A DNA stretch of 61,907 bases, filler included, from Sphacelaria rigidula (taxonomy: Eukaryota): assembly GCA_964200075.2 (NCBI GenBank). It is 6 parts of 6 records of this genome, joined end to end, with 100 filler letters (N's around TTAATTAATTAA, not from the genome) between each part and the next. Parts side by side here need not be neighbours in the genome. Positions count along the whole stretch, not along the records: positions 10,336 to 20,570 come from CAXNAA020006882.1; positions 20,671 to 30,905 come from CAXNAA020006883.1; 4 more parts are not named here. One strand, written 5' to 3'. Shown one piece after another: positions 12,810-24,705 of the stretch. Within the stretch, counting starts at the first letter, position 1. Each line of letters opens with the position of its first letter. The notes under the pieces are model-generated. The model made no database searches, had not been told where the DNA came from, and worked only from the letters and a program-made list of their open reading frames with translations. The translations under genes and the position numbers were made by a program.

Positions 12810-13408
12810 TTCCTCTGTCCCATAGGAAAAGTCCGTTATGGGGGATAGGCCGTACCTCGTTATCGGAGATGCTCACGATGTTATGGTTAGGTTCGTTGGA
12901 AATATATAGTTGTGGAGATGACCACTGCAAAAATCAAAACTGAAATAATCGACCTACAACCTTCGAATCGGTGGGTCAAACATGGCCAAATGTCGGCGAC
13001 ATTCCGTCCAATCTGTACATTTCCGGCCGAATTTCGGCGAATTTGGCTTGTTTTGAAGTTATTGAGGGCTGCAATGTATACGAGTGGTTCCGGACTAGGC
13101 GTAGCCATCTTCTGCCAGCAATGAACCGGAGAAAAAGAGCCACTCATGCTTTTTTCGCGATTTTTCGCCGCTTATCGGGTTCCCAGGGTCCTCTGTGTTC
13201 TGGTACAGAGGCGAAATATGGTCATTTTTGGGCCGAGTGATCCTTTATCGGCCGTTCGGGCATGTTGGCTGTTGCGCAAAAAGAAGAAAAAAAGACGTAA
13301 TTCACCTGAAAAACCCCTCAAGATTGAAAAATATGTATCGCCTACGGTATTCGACTCAGTCAAGAGTCCGTGTGATCATAACGGACTTTACTTATGGGAC
13401 AGAGGAAG
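12810..13408. mobile_element. Second Stowaway-like MITE abutting the first
   Basis: TIRs TTCCTCTGTCCCATAGGAAAAGTCCGTTATG / CATAACGGACTTTACTTATGGGACAGAGGAAG, with an unrelated interior. Confidence 0.7.
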
Positions 13409-13418
13409 TGTATCTGTA

Positions 13419-13688
13419 AGAAGTCATGAGCAATGCCAACAGTCGGCGGAGTTGCACTAGCGAATACAGGGAGCCTGCGGTGGTGCGGAGTACTGTACAA
13501 CCAGAAAAGCCGCAGCCTTCTTGATGTACTGTTGGTGGCTGCGGCTTTTCTGCTTGTACAGTGCTTCGCACCACCGCACCGCAGGCTTCCTGCATTCGCA
13601 AGTGCGACTCCGCCCATGTGATGAGAGACACTGTCAAGCGTAAGGTAGCTGGCTGTGCCGCATGAGCTTAGCATTGCTGATGACTTCG
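13419..13688. mobile_element. Foldback MITE with TA flanks
   Basis: TA|AGAAGTCATGAGCAATGC ... GCATTGCTGATGACTTCG|TA, plus an internal hairpin at 13445-13615. Confidence 0.6.
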
Positions 13689-14815
13689 TACATTTCCCGA
13701 GAACAGTCTGCCGGCATTCAAGTCCAAGGAACAAGTGGTTTTGGCAGCAGGTTGCGCTGTCGCGTACCCCAAATTCTAGGGCGAGGTATTTCCCGTAGGA
13801 AGCACGCACAATTGTCCGGCTGTGTAGGATGCGACGTGAGAAAGACGTGGTGGCCGCTAAGATCTGAGGATGGGCGCTTCAATGAGATTCCAATAGGCGT
13901 TTGATGCGCGACCGCTTGGCTGTAATTTACCCTTGCTCGAGCGAGTATGATTTTGCAATTGATGGCAGTTTCACGTGCAGAAACGAAAAACACTCCTGCA
14001 CAACGCGACCGTGTGCCCGTCGCAGCAACTCGTTTAGCTTCCCGGCCGAAATTGCGCTATCACGGGTGTTGCTCGAAAGACTAACTCTCCGTCAGCTTTT
14101 TATATACCCGGGGAGCTACTACGCCTCGTTCCGTCTGTACATCGAGCGGGGACATCGAGCCGGACGTTGTACGTCGAAATGTGAAACAGTTGGCACATGA
14201 AAGAAGTAGGAAATGGCGTTGACTTCTCGTGGGCAAAAGAAAAGAGGCCCAGAAAGCAGACGCAGTCCACAGTGTACCCGGGCGACGATACCCGTGGAGG
14301 ATTCCGATGCATACGCTGTAGCTCCAGGCCTAGACCTTGCTCAGCGGCGCACACCACCCTGTAGTGACAGGAATCCGTTCGATGTTCAACTACTGAGTGT
14401 CATTGTTTTTGTGCTGTACTCCACGCCGTGCAGATGTAGACGGGGTGTATACGGATGTACGGCTGGGTGTTTTTTTGAATTCCCCCACAACCTCCTTGTA
14501 CCGCGTATCGACAATATTCCAGATTTTTAACGCCGACGCTGGACCACCAAATGTTATTTCCCAAGCAGAGCAAACTCACATGGATGGCTGGGTGAGAAAC
14601 GTGTCGACTAGCCACGCCAGTACTAGGATCATACGGGCAAATATTAGTATATTTCTCGTTGTGAAATCGTCAAGGTTCATGGGCTTCCACATTGCCTCTT
14701 CTCGTACCGTTTTCTGCCATTTTCTATCAGCTTCACAGGGTCTGCAAGAGAGGTGAAGCGTCACACGCGTAACACTAATTTCCTGTGAACACATGTCATC
14801 TTTGTGGTGTAGCAG

Positions 14816-15782
14816 GTGCAACGACAAGAACAAGAGCTCATACCACGATCGCAATGAAGGGCGGCTCCGGCGGCGGCCGCAAAAAAACTAAAAAGCTCAA
14901 AGAAACACCTCCCTTGCCTGGTGCCGGCAAAGGCCAGAAGGCATACGTCCGGCAGATGAAGTCGTTCAACGGGTTGAAGGGCGCGGGGGCAGACTTTGTA
15001 GATGTTTACGTCTTCGATCAGAATGTGGACGACGATAAATTTATATATGTAGGCAAGGTGGCTTGGAGCTCGGAGGTTACCGTGGAGCAAGCGTTGCAGG
15101 TGGGAGAGCATATGTTTTGGCTTGTTCAGTTCTGGTGTAGACGAAAAAAACACTGAGGGCGAGACAACGAAATTATCTATCTCCAGCTTTCAGCGGCAGA
15201 CCGTTTTGGCAAGCTCGCTGCAACGCCAGCCTCAATTCTCCTCGCGGCGTCACCAGTTTAGAAAACACCACGTATTCAAAATAACAATATATATACCAGG
15301 CACAACGATTAGAAAAACGAAAATCCATTTTTTTTGTTCCCTTCGCCTCGTCCTCTCATTGAGACCTTCCCTCCTACAAACCCCACGGACAATTGCAACT
15401 ATAACAGTGGCATCGAGACTTGATCGTGGATCACGCTAAGCTCATCGAACCCAAGATCAAGCTCCCCCTCAGAATATTTACCGCACCGGGCAACAGCGAG
15501 GTCGAGGTTGCCAGAAACGCCCACGACCTCACGTGGGTGCTCGGGGGCAAGGGCAGTGTGAGCATAGAAGGGATGCGTAACGCAGAGGTGGGCTACATCC
15601 CTGAACTGTACGAACCCGGCGAGAAGTACTTTTACGTGAGGAAGCTGCCGGACGGGAGATGTCCGGAGCCGGCGTCGGAGATCATGGTGGAGAGCTTGGA
15701 CAAGATGATGGAGGCGGGAGTGATCCCGCCTTCATCCCCCGGATCCTCCCCTGAATCGTCTGCGCCTCCTGCTGCAGCCTAG
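14816..15782 (+). CDS. Conserved hypothetical protein, probably plastid-targeted. Exons ~14816-15099 and 15408-15782; 5' exon(s) not resolved.
   Basis: The phase-0 GT-AG intron 15100-15407 joins ORFs 14785..15156 and 15420..15782 in frame (..FIYVGKVAWSSEVTVEQALQ|WHRDLIVDHAKLIEP..IFTAPGNSEVEVARN..). Codon usage is GC3-rich. The motifs resemble conserved unknown proteins of ochrophytes (recalled, not searched). Confidence 0.8.
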
Positions 15783-16324
15783 TTTTGAGAGATCAGATGA
15801 TCCCTTTTTGGTGTTTGTGTGTGTGTCTGCTGTTGTACTGATACGTTTCGTATGTGAAAGAGGAGGGAGGACGGGGAGGGGGCGGCAGTATCACGCCAAA
15901 ACAAATGGAGAGCATAGACAAGATAGTTGATTCTGGAGTGGTGCCGTTATCTCTAGATCAGCAGCTCCTATCGCCAAGAGATTTTAATATTTCAGATGTG
16001 ATTGGGTCTCTTTGCTCTTGAGGACTCTCGGTGAGCGAACCAAGCCATTCATAACTCAATGAAGGGTCACCAAATCTTGGGAAATATTTTCAACGTGGAT
16101 CGAAGCCATGGCGTTCAGATTCTATCATGGTACCACTGACACCATTGGGTGGGGAACACGCGGTTTATTCGCACTAGAGTGTTTAGTTTGGGGTCGTCTT
16201 CAAGCAGCTGATTTCCGTCGTTGAAAGCGTGGAGACGTGAATAGCAAAAGTAGTATGTTTGGTGTGAGTTGGCACGGTGCGGGAGTGCCGATGAAACCCA
16301 CGATACCACAATGCAAGACGTGTA

Positions 16325-16500
16325 CCGGGGGGTGCTTCCGTGATTTTTCATCCCGTCCATATAAGAGCATTGGCCTCGCATACCTACAAAGCCGGGACGA
16401 AGCACGCCGGGCTTTCGCCGGACCACGCTCGCAATCGTGGTGTGTTCGACGAGTCGCATAAAGTGTGAGCGGCATTCTGCCAAGGTTGTGCAGCCCGAAG
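16325..16500 (-). repeat. Dispersed repeat family R1 copy
   Basis: The reverse complement contains GGTCCGGCGAAAGCCCGGCGTGCTTCGTCCCGGCTTTGTAGG, also seen at 20497-20540 and 8680-8720. Confidence 0.65.
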
Positions 16501-19500
16501 CGTGGTGATTATCTTGCATGCAAATGACAGCCTCGAGTGTGTTCCTTCAGTTTCTAGTATCGCAACTTCCAGAGACCGCTACGGGCTACACTGCCTCATG
16601 GGTGTCTGATCACTTGAACCCTGCGCAACACGATCATGCCCTTTGTGGAGTTCGGCTTCTCCACCCCGCTGAACATGATATAACTCGACCACCATCATGG
16701 TTTCCGCATAAAAAAATGCAAGCAAGAAAAAAACGGTACCTTGGTCACCTAGCTTACGCAGCAAGAGTCGTGACTTACACCGTCTTTGCCCACCGACGCC
16801 AACCCGTGACGGGGACGCGTACCGGGCGAAAGATGGGTCGATTTCTCGAGACAACATGTTCGCCCCGACGGAGGGGAGGGGTGTAAAATATTACGCGAGA
16901 AACGTGATTGAAGTGTCATCAGTGTGTAAAAGTGGATCCTGGAAAATGGGGGTCCATTTCAAACATGAGGTTGAAATGGCATTTCTTTTTGCAGGGATGA
17001 CGCGAAACACCTACGGCCGAGCGAAGACATCTTCCCCCCCGAACGTCTGCAGCAAATAAGCAGCTGTGACTAGGTGCACCTAACGAATGCGGTGTACACG
17101 CGTGTCGATGACGATATCACCAGAGAGAGAAGCAAGGACAGAGAGGAAGCTCCTCGCCCGTGCCCTTTGTGTGTCCTCGCTCGGCGATTGCCAAACTCTC
17201 GAGAGACCAGCATGTGCTCAATTTTCCATGTGCCGAAACATCGAGCTGCGGAGAGATTTCCTCTCGTCTCACAATTTCCTGTCAAGCTCACGAATGCGAA
17301 GATGGATTTCTCTCTACCTCTCCTTTAGGACAGGACACGCCACTGTGCGCTTAAAACATGTCGTTGAAAAACAGGGCAATGTTTCCGTCACCGCTACTAC
17401 TGTTCTCTGTCACACACATGCCAGCAAGGGCGGTGGTGCGGCCATAACAAACAGATTCAAATTGAATTTGGGGGGTGTTATTCATCGTTGATTTTACCTT
17501 CATCTGACCCTCTGGGTGCCCGACGAGAACAGCGTGCCACATGCCAGTTGAGGGGAGTGCATGAGAGATCAAACTCTTGTAAAGACCTTTTTGACATGCG
17601 GAGTAAAAAAAAATACGTGTGGTGGTGACCTACCTGTTGCTAATGTGTCGCATAGGAGTGCGTCCGTGCTGCAATCTGGAGCACAGGCTGGTCGCGTGAA
17701 CACCTCGGTACAGTACGACTAGCTTTCCAGAATTATTCCGATCTGAGGAGATCATGCATTACAAGCTGGGATGAGAGTGCTCTACGATCAACCACTTGTC
17801 ATTGCATTTGAGACCCACGCCGTCAACCACCGACAGCAAAGGTCTTGTGGCTTTCACGCAACGCTGTCGGTAGTACGGCAGGCAAACCCGATCATAGCTA
17901 GCTTTCGTTGCTCTACCGTACTTACTCCCGACCGAAGTTTGCACGAGGTATGTAAACTAAACAGTTTGATTTTTCTCAACTACATCCACCCAATCAAACG
18001 ACTTTCAAGACCTGAGGGAGGACGGCTTCCCTGCCCCCCCGCCAGGTTATTATTAATGAAGGATGTTAGAGTACTTACAACAGCATACAACACTAATGGG
18101 AGTGCGGAGAGGTTCTTCTCCATGAAAATACGTGTTTTCCAAGTTGCAAAGCGTTTCATGCGCATTGTTTATTAATACGAACGGTAACTTGTCGATTTCT
18201 GCTCCGTTCTCCACGGACTGCCTGATGCCAATCCCAGAAAATTTTGGTATTGCTGTTCGACGGTTTCTTCGCGTGTTTAGCCGGACCCGAGGCGGCCACC
18301 TTCCCAAAAGAGAGTTAATAGAAGGTGATGAGTGATTGTTGGAGAGTGATCACAATGGGGTATTCCTGTCAATATTCTCAACAGACTCTTCGTACTAAAA
18401 ACGTGCACATCCAAATTCCTCATGCTATACTGTACAGACTTCACGTTGGACTTCACGTATTTGACTCTTGGTCAATAGACCTTTGCACCTGCTCTATTTT
18501 ACTTGCCCTATTCATCATTTGTCTTCATGTCTAATCTCTCAGTGTGGCCCTTGCTTTTACTATAACGTAACTGCTACAGCAATCGGAAATGTAATGAGTT
18601 GTACCGCCAAGTTGTTATGGCTATCATTGATATATTCCAACAACGCTGTACGAGTATCAGGGCTGTGCATGCGCCAAACCGCATGTGACAAACAGCAGTA
18701 GTGCTGACTTTCGGAGAAACTCATTTTCCCGAATGGAAATGAAAATTTTCATCCGGAGAGAAACAATAACACGTCGTGCAATTTTCGAAGAACTCACAGA
18801 AGAAAAAAAAAGGAAAATGTGCATAATGAAGAGCGTACTAAACCGGGTGGGGAGAAAAACGGCCTTATTTTCCATCGTGTAAGAACGTCGAAAGCTGCAA
18901 CTTTTTAATATCTTGTCTGCCGTAAATATCTAAACGTACAGACACAAGACCTGAACAACAAACTACAACAAACCAGCCTACCGTATGAGAGTATATTGTA
19001 CATCAAGAGACCGACATTGAATGGTCTGTGAAGGAAGGGACTCATGCGTACGATCGCATTTATGCCTGTGTATACTTCAGAGTCGTTACATTATCAACCA
19101 ACTACAGCATCCTCCTCGAAAGCCACCAAGACGGAGGGAGCGTGGAAAGATGCAAGGTAAAACGACCATGCTTTCTTCTCACGACGGCTTGACTTGGGTG
19201 TATTTTTTTCAGAGAGAACGTGCATCTCGAGCACGTGCTTCAGACCTTCGATTTCTATTCTTGGCGACTTTTGCGCTGTCCTCGAGCCTTCCTCCGATAT
19301 TTAATCGCGACGCCCAGTCCATCATAATGATCTATCAACTGGCTCCTCCTGCCGACACGCCCTCCGGCGGGAGGAGATTGAAGGCTGGGAGGATGCCCGC
19401 GCCTCTCCTGGAGCTGATGCGGGTTTTCCCCCCACTACCCTCCATCCACTGCAGCAGCCCAAGCATCTTCTTGGTCGGGCTGTTGTACAAGCGCTGCGAA

Positions 19501-19820
19501 AATGAGAAATGTATTATTGTCGGACCCGATGAAGACGTTGGGGTGGGAAATCAAGTGAAACCAAAGGAGGATCACAAGATGAAGCACAAGTTGGTGTGGA
19601 AAAAGTGATGAACTTCTCATTGACCAGCTGTATGTACGTGATTCATATCTTCTTCTTAAAATTGTTGGCTGTAGCATGGGCATTGGACTTCGCGCTGTAT
19701 TCTCCCCTCGTCTCGTTTCGTTAATGTACGAATAATGAATAATAATGATACTTCTCCCCCTGATCGCGAATGAAAGCAAGGTAAGGACAAAATGACGTCT
19801 AACTCGGGCCCAGCATAAAG

Positions 19821-20117
19821 ACTATATTCGTGAGATTCAGAGTGTAGTTTCAGATTCAGAGTCAGGATTTCAAACGGAAGAACTGTTTTCTTTGTGGTCG
19901 ATTCTTATTTCTTCTTAATCGATTCTTATCCGAAACAGTTCGCGTCACTTATCAACCAATCCGAGTAATGAACATGCGTGTTTTCACAGCCGCCAATGTT
20001 GGTTGGTTAGTAACGCAAACTGTTTCGCATAAGAATCGACCGCAAAGAAAACAGTTCTTCCGTTTGAAATCCTGACTCTGAATGTGAAACTACACTCTGA
20101 ATCTCACGAATATAGTG
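19821..20117. mobile_element. Foldback element with ~125-bp near-perfect arms
   Basis: ACTATATTCGTGAGATTCAGAGTGTAGTTTCA.. pairs with ..TGAAACTACACTCTGAATCTCACGAATATAGTG. The right end TAGTG is CACTA-like. No clear TSD. Confidence 0.7.
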
Positions 20118-20411
20118 TTCATAGTTGTTTGTTGCGTACTGTATCTTTTTTCAGTTTCTCCGCGTTCCCGCATAACGCTAAGAATCGGTGTTTTTCAAAT
20201 TTCCCTCCAGAAAGGGTTCGCCTACCCCAGTAGAAGTGGCTCGAAGTCACCACCCCCTATTTGAGCCTCCAGACAAAAGCCTTCCCATCGTGTGATGGAG
20301 CATGCCTGCTGCTGGGAATGCAGTCCAAGGTCCAAAGGCCAAGGGCCAAACCGCAAGAATTTCAACTATTGTGAGAAAGACGAGGTGATTCAGTACCTCC
20401 GTGCTGGCGGC

Positions 20412-20452
20412 TTAGGGTTGGGGTTAGGGTTAGGATTAGGGTTAGGATTAGG
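20412..20452 (+). repeat. Interstitial telomere-like (TTAGGG/TTAGGA)n tract
   Basis: About seven degenerate hexamers. Confidence 0.75.
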
Positions 20453-20570
20453 CAACCAGGGGATAATGGCGAATCATCCCCCCCCTTTGAATGTCTTGGT
20501 CCGGCGAGAACCCGGCGTGCTCCGTCCCGGCTTTGTAGGGGCGGACCCGCGATGGGGTTGGCGACGGTTG

Positions 20571-20670
20571 NNNNNNNNNNNNNNNNNNNNNNNNNNNNNN
20601 NNNNNNNNNNNNNNTTAATTAATTAANNNNNNNNNNNNNNNNNNNNNNNNNNNNNNNNNNNNNNNNNNNN
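20571..20670. other. Artificial contig spacer 2
   Basis: Same 44N-TTAATTAATTAA-44N structure. Confidence 0.97.
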
Positions 20671-20818
20671 GTGGTCAATGGTCACACGACTAAGGCAAGC
20701 AACACATGAGAACGCCCGTCCCCCGTCCCACGCCCTCCCAAATCTCACTCCGAGGTCAGAGTTCTACTAACGCGGTGGAGAGTATCTCTGCAATGGGAAA
20801 TTTTCGAGATGAAGAGGT

Positions 20819-22640
20819 GGAGCACTTGAGTCTTCGCGCGCTGTGAAATAATAAAGGATTGCAGCACACCATTCACTGGTCGTTGTAAAAAATACAAGAA
20901 CGCCTCGAGCACACGAGTTATTCGTCGTTGTGAAAAAAGTTCGGGAGTTGAGTACAGCGGTCAGTGCTAACAACATGACTTGGGCACACGAATCATTGAT
21001 CGTCGTGGAAATAAATCGGTGTGGCGAGCACGGGAGTGATTGCTCTTTGTGGGAAAAAAGCGATGAGGCGAGCACAACAGTCATTGTTCGTTGTACAATA
21101 AAACACAATGACTTGAGCACACGAGCCATGGCTCGTCGTGGAAAAAAGTATTAAGGCGAGCACTGGAGTCGCTGCCCGTTGTGCCCAAAAAAAAACATGA
21201 CCCGAGCACACGAGTCATGGCTCGTCATGGAAAAAATATAGTGGGGCGGCTATCGGAGGCATTGCTTGTCGCAGCACAAATTATGAAGAAATTATGAAGC
21301 AGAGCACTGGAGTCATTGCTTGCTTATGGAAAAGAAGCGATGAGGCGAGCACAGCAGTCACTTCTCGTTGTGAAAAAAAAACACAATGACTGGACCACGC
21401 GACTCATGACTGACTCACCGTGGAAAACAAATCGTGGGGCGAGCACTGGAGTCGTTGCCTGTTGTACCCATTAAAAAACATGACTCGAGCACACGAGTCA
21501 TGGCTCTTTGTAAAAAACGATGACCGGAGCACATGAGTCATGCCTCGTCGTGGGATAAAAATATAGTGGGGCGGGTCCTGGAGGCATTCCTTGTTGCAGC
21601 ACGGAGTATAAAGGCGAGAACTGAAGTCATCTCTTGTTATGGAAAAAAAAGCGATGAGGCGAGCACAGCAGTGATTGGTCGTTGTGAAAAAAACACAGCG
21701 ACTGGAGCAGACGAGTCATGACTCGTCGTGGGAAGAAGTAATAAGGCGAGCACTGGAGTAATTGCTTGGTGTGGAAAAAAGGAAAAATGCGGGCACTGGG
21801 GACATTGTCCCTTGTACAAAAAAACATGACTCGAGCACACGAGTCACTGCTCTTTGTAAAAAATGATGACCGCAGCATACGAATCATGGCTCGTCGTGGA
21901 AAAAATATAGTGGGGCGGGTTCTCGAGGCATTGATAGTTGCAGCACAATGTATGAAGGCGAGCACTGGAGTCATTGCTTGTTATGGAAAAACGTGGTGAG
22001 GCGAGCACAGCAGCCATTGGTCGTTGTAAAAAAAAATACTGACTGGAGCACACGAGTTACGACTCGTCATGGAAAAAAAGTTAGCGGGGCGAGCACTTGA
22101 GACACTGCTTGTCGGGGAAAAAAGTAATAAGTCAAGCACCGGAGTCATTGCCCGTTGTACCCGAAAAGAGCATGACTCGAGCACACGAGTCACTGCTCTT
22201 TGTAAAAAATGATCGGAGCATACGAGCCATGGCTCGTCGTGGAGAAAAGATAGGGGGGCGAGTACTGGAGTCATAGCTTGTTGCCGCACGAAGTATCAAG
22301 GCGAGCACTGGAGTCATAGCTTGTTGTGGAAAAAAGTGATGAGGCGAGCACAGCAGTTATTGGTCGTTGTAAAAAGACATCATGACTGGAGCACACGTGT
22401 CACGACTCGTCGTGGAAGAAAGTAATAAGGCGAGCACTGTAGTCATTGCTTGTCGCGGTAAAAAGTAATAAGGCGAGCATTGGAATCATTGGTCGTCGTA
22501 CAAAAAAGAATGACTCCAGCACAGGAGTCACACTGGTCGGTGTAAGAAGCAATGAGCGCAGCAAGCGAGTCATTGCTCGTTGTGACAAAAGTTATTAACC
22601 GAAGCACACGCGTCATTGCTTGTTGTGAAAAAAGAAATGA
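20819..22640 (+). repeat. Degenerate ~43-bp satellite with ~8-unit higher-order repeat
   Basis: About 40 units with consensus CGAGCACACGAGTCATTGCTCGTTGTGGAAAAAA plus a variable tail. Tail variants such as AAAGCGATGAGG and AATATAGTGGGG recur every ~280-345 bp. Confidence 0.9.
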
Positions 22641-23292
22641 AACGGTTACGTTCCGGTTATGCAGCCGCCTGTTGCGTTTTCTGTGGTACTTCACTTGTCG
22701 GGTGCAGTGATAAGAGCAGACACACAAGGCGGGTGCGTGGAGGTCGGGGCAAACAAACTGAGCCAGCATGTACGTGGTGTATCCCCACTGATTGATGGCG
22801 CAGTCTCGCAATGTGTGGGTCAATAGGAGCTATTTTGCTCCTCAATATACCACTCGTTTATTACCTCTGATCGGTGAAAGGTCGCCGCATTTCTGCATAT
22901 TGAATGCCTGTGATGAGTCGAGAAATGTTGCCACTCATATTCGTTGCCCCCATCTGAGGGCCCTGTGCGTAACATTTTGGTGGACATTAAAATCAACACG
23001 GCGCCCCCGACCACTGCAGTTCATGTACGAGTTCCCCCCCCCCCCCCTCCGGACGCATTTTCCCTCCTGCCCACGTGCTACTTATCCCGAAGCGTAGACG
23101 AAGCCAGCATGGGCTACAAATGCCGTGGAACCGTGAGACGACCCTTCCTTCCTGCCGCACCTTTTCGATTTAGATATGGTACGCCAACACACGCCCGACA
23201 GCACGGGCTATTCATACCCAGAAATAAGTACGTGCAACAGCAAACACTGTAGCAATGACCGACAGGATCCAACCACTTGCGGTAGTGTTCAC

Positions 23293-24705
23293 CTTGTGGT
23301 AGCCTTTGCCCACGAGCAAGTAGTTCCCCGTGCACCTCACCATCGTGCCGTCGGCCGCCCTGAGATAGATGACTCGGTCTTTGTAGACCGCATCATTCTT
23401 TATCTTCGTCACAGCAGCGTCAAACCGGATTATGGTTTTGTCGTTGAAGGATCCAGGGCAGCCCGGCATGTCGGCGAGAACGCGCCCCGAGTGATCGACC
23501 GTCGCGTGGTATGCGATAGTGGGGTATCCATCCTTTCCCGTGTGCACCCGTTGCTCGCTGTAGGGGCAGGCGTCCCACTTTACGTGGGTCACATCCGCCG
23601 AACCCACGGCTCCTGTGAATCTGAGCTTGTGGAAGTCCTCCATGACCTTGTCCTGATCCTCTCCGGTCGGAAGGCACACGTGATCAGCATACAGCTCCTG
23701 AGCGAAGTGCTCGCAAAACGCATGGAAGGACCTACACGCCACCGGTTCGATTATGAGCGACATCTGGTTAATGCCGTCGAAGCACGTGCCTCTGCCCAGA
23801 GTTTGCAGCGCAGCCAACACCTGCATGTCGGGCACACCACTGCGTATAATGCGCGCACGTTCCTACCGACGGTGGGTACATTTGCCGCCGCGGTGTGGCA
23901 GCTTCGGCGATTTTGCGCTACAGTACGGGCGCATCATCAAGCAAAAAAGTTGCAACCGAAAAGAGCCATGCCAATGTGCTACGTATCCACATCACACCGC
24001 AGCCGCACCGTGCAGTCGTGTAAACTGAAGTTACCACACAATGCGGTGCGGTGCGATACGTATGGTGTACCGGAGAACACTGCCACAAGCAGCACTACTG
24101 CTTTGTATACCGTCGGATTCTGTACATTGTACAGTCAGTATACGGCCGAAGTGTGTTCACAGTACAGTATAGTACAGAGATATTTGCTGCGCGCTAAGTA
24201 AAAAAAGTGTGAATACCGCATCAGCTCCAACTGTTCTCCCGTGCGCACAACACACATAACTTCAGTTCCATGGGAATGCACTGCCGCCCGGACACGTCCA
24301 CAACGCTTGATGAAAACCAGTGTCGCTTCTGTACAAGCTCGACGATCTGAAGAAGAAACTTGTGCGGAACCCGAAAACGGCGTCTGAAGACGCTGGCCTC
24401 TCGCGATGCGGGATCCGCGAGCTGTGGGCAATGAAGCATTCTGGCCCAAGCTGAATCTTCATATGATGGGCGGGGATAGACGGTGCGCGGTGTCTCGGAC
24501 CATCATCTTCGTTGTCTTTGTCGTCTGTGTCAAGCATGCTACCCAGTGCTGCAGCCCTCGCCTGAACGCTCCTCATGTGACGGCTTCTCTTCTGGCGACT
24601 CACATATGCAGCCGCCCGCATGATCACCAGGACAGCCTCCTCTACATCGTTGTCAGCCTCAGCTAGCACGGCCTTTTCTTTTCCCCCCACATTCCTCTTG
24701 CTCAT
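23293..24705 (-). pseudogene. PIF/Harbinger-type DDE transposase pseudogene with an intron. Exons ~24705-24260 and 23820-23293.
   Basis: Motifs FRRRFRVP, ELK|VLAALQTLGRG, GAVGSADVTHV, HTGKDGYPTIAY, PGSFNDKT and YLLVGKGY are typical of Harbinger/HARBI1 transposases. Exon 1 has a frameshift and a mutated donor. The conserved D of the D-x-G-Y motif is replaced, and no C-terminal exon was found. Confidence 0.85.

Noticed and set aside
20497-20730. Apparent continuity of repeat R1 across the spacer, suggesting contigs 2 and 3 are adjacent
   Set aside because: R1 is high-copy and lies at several contig ends, and the contig order follows length.
20819-22640. CRISPR-like array (hairpin repeat plus variable spacer)
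   Set aside because: The repeats are degenerate, the variable parts are only ~10-15 nt and recur periodically, there are no cas genes, and the context is eukaryotic.
23176-24201. 341-aa plus-strand ORF
   Set aside because: Antisense shadow of the Harbinger transposase exon and its intron.
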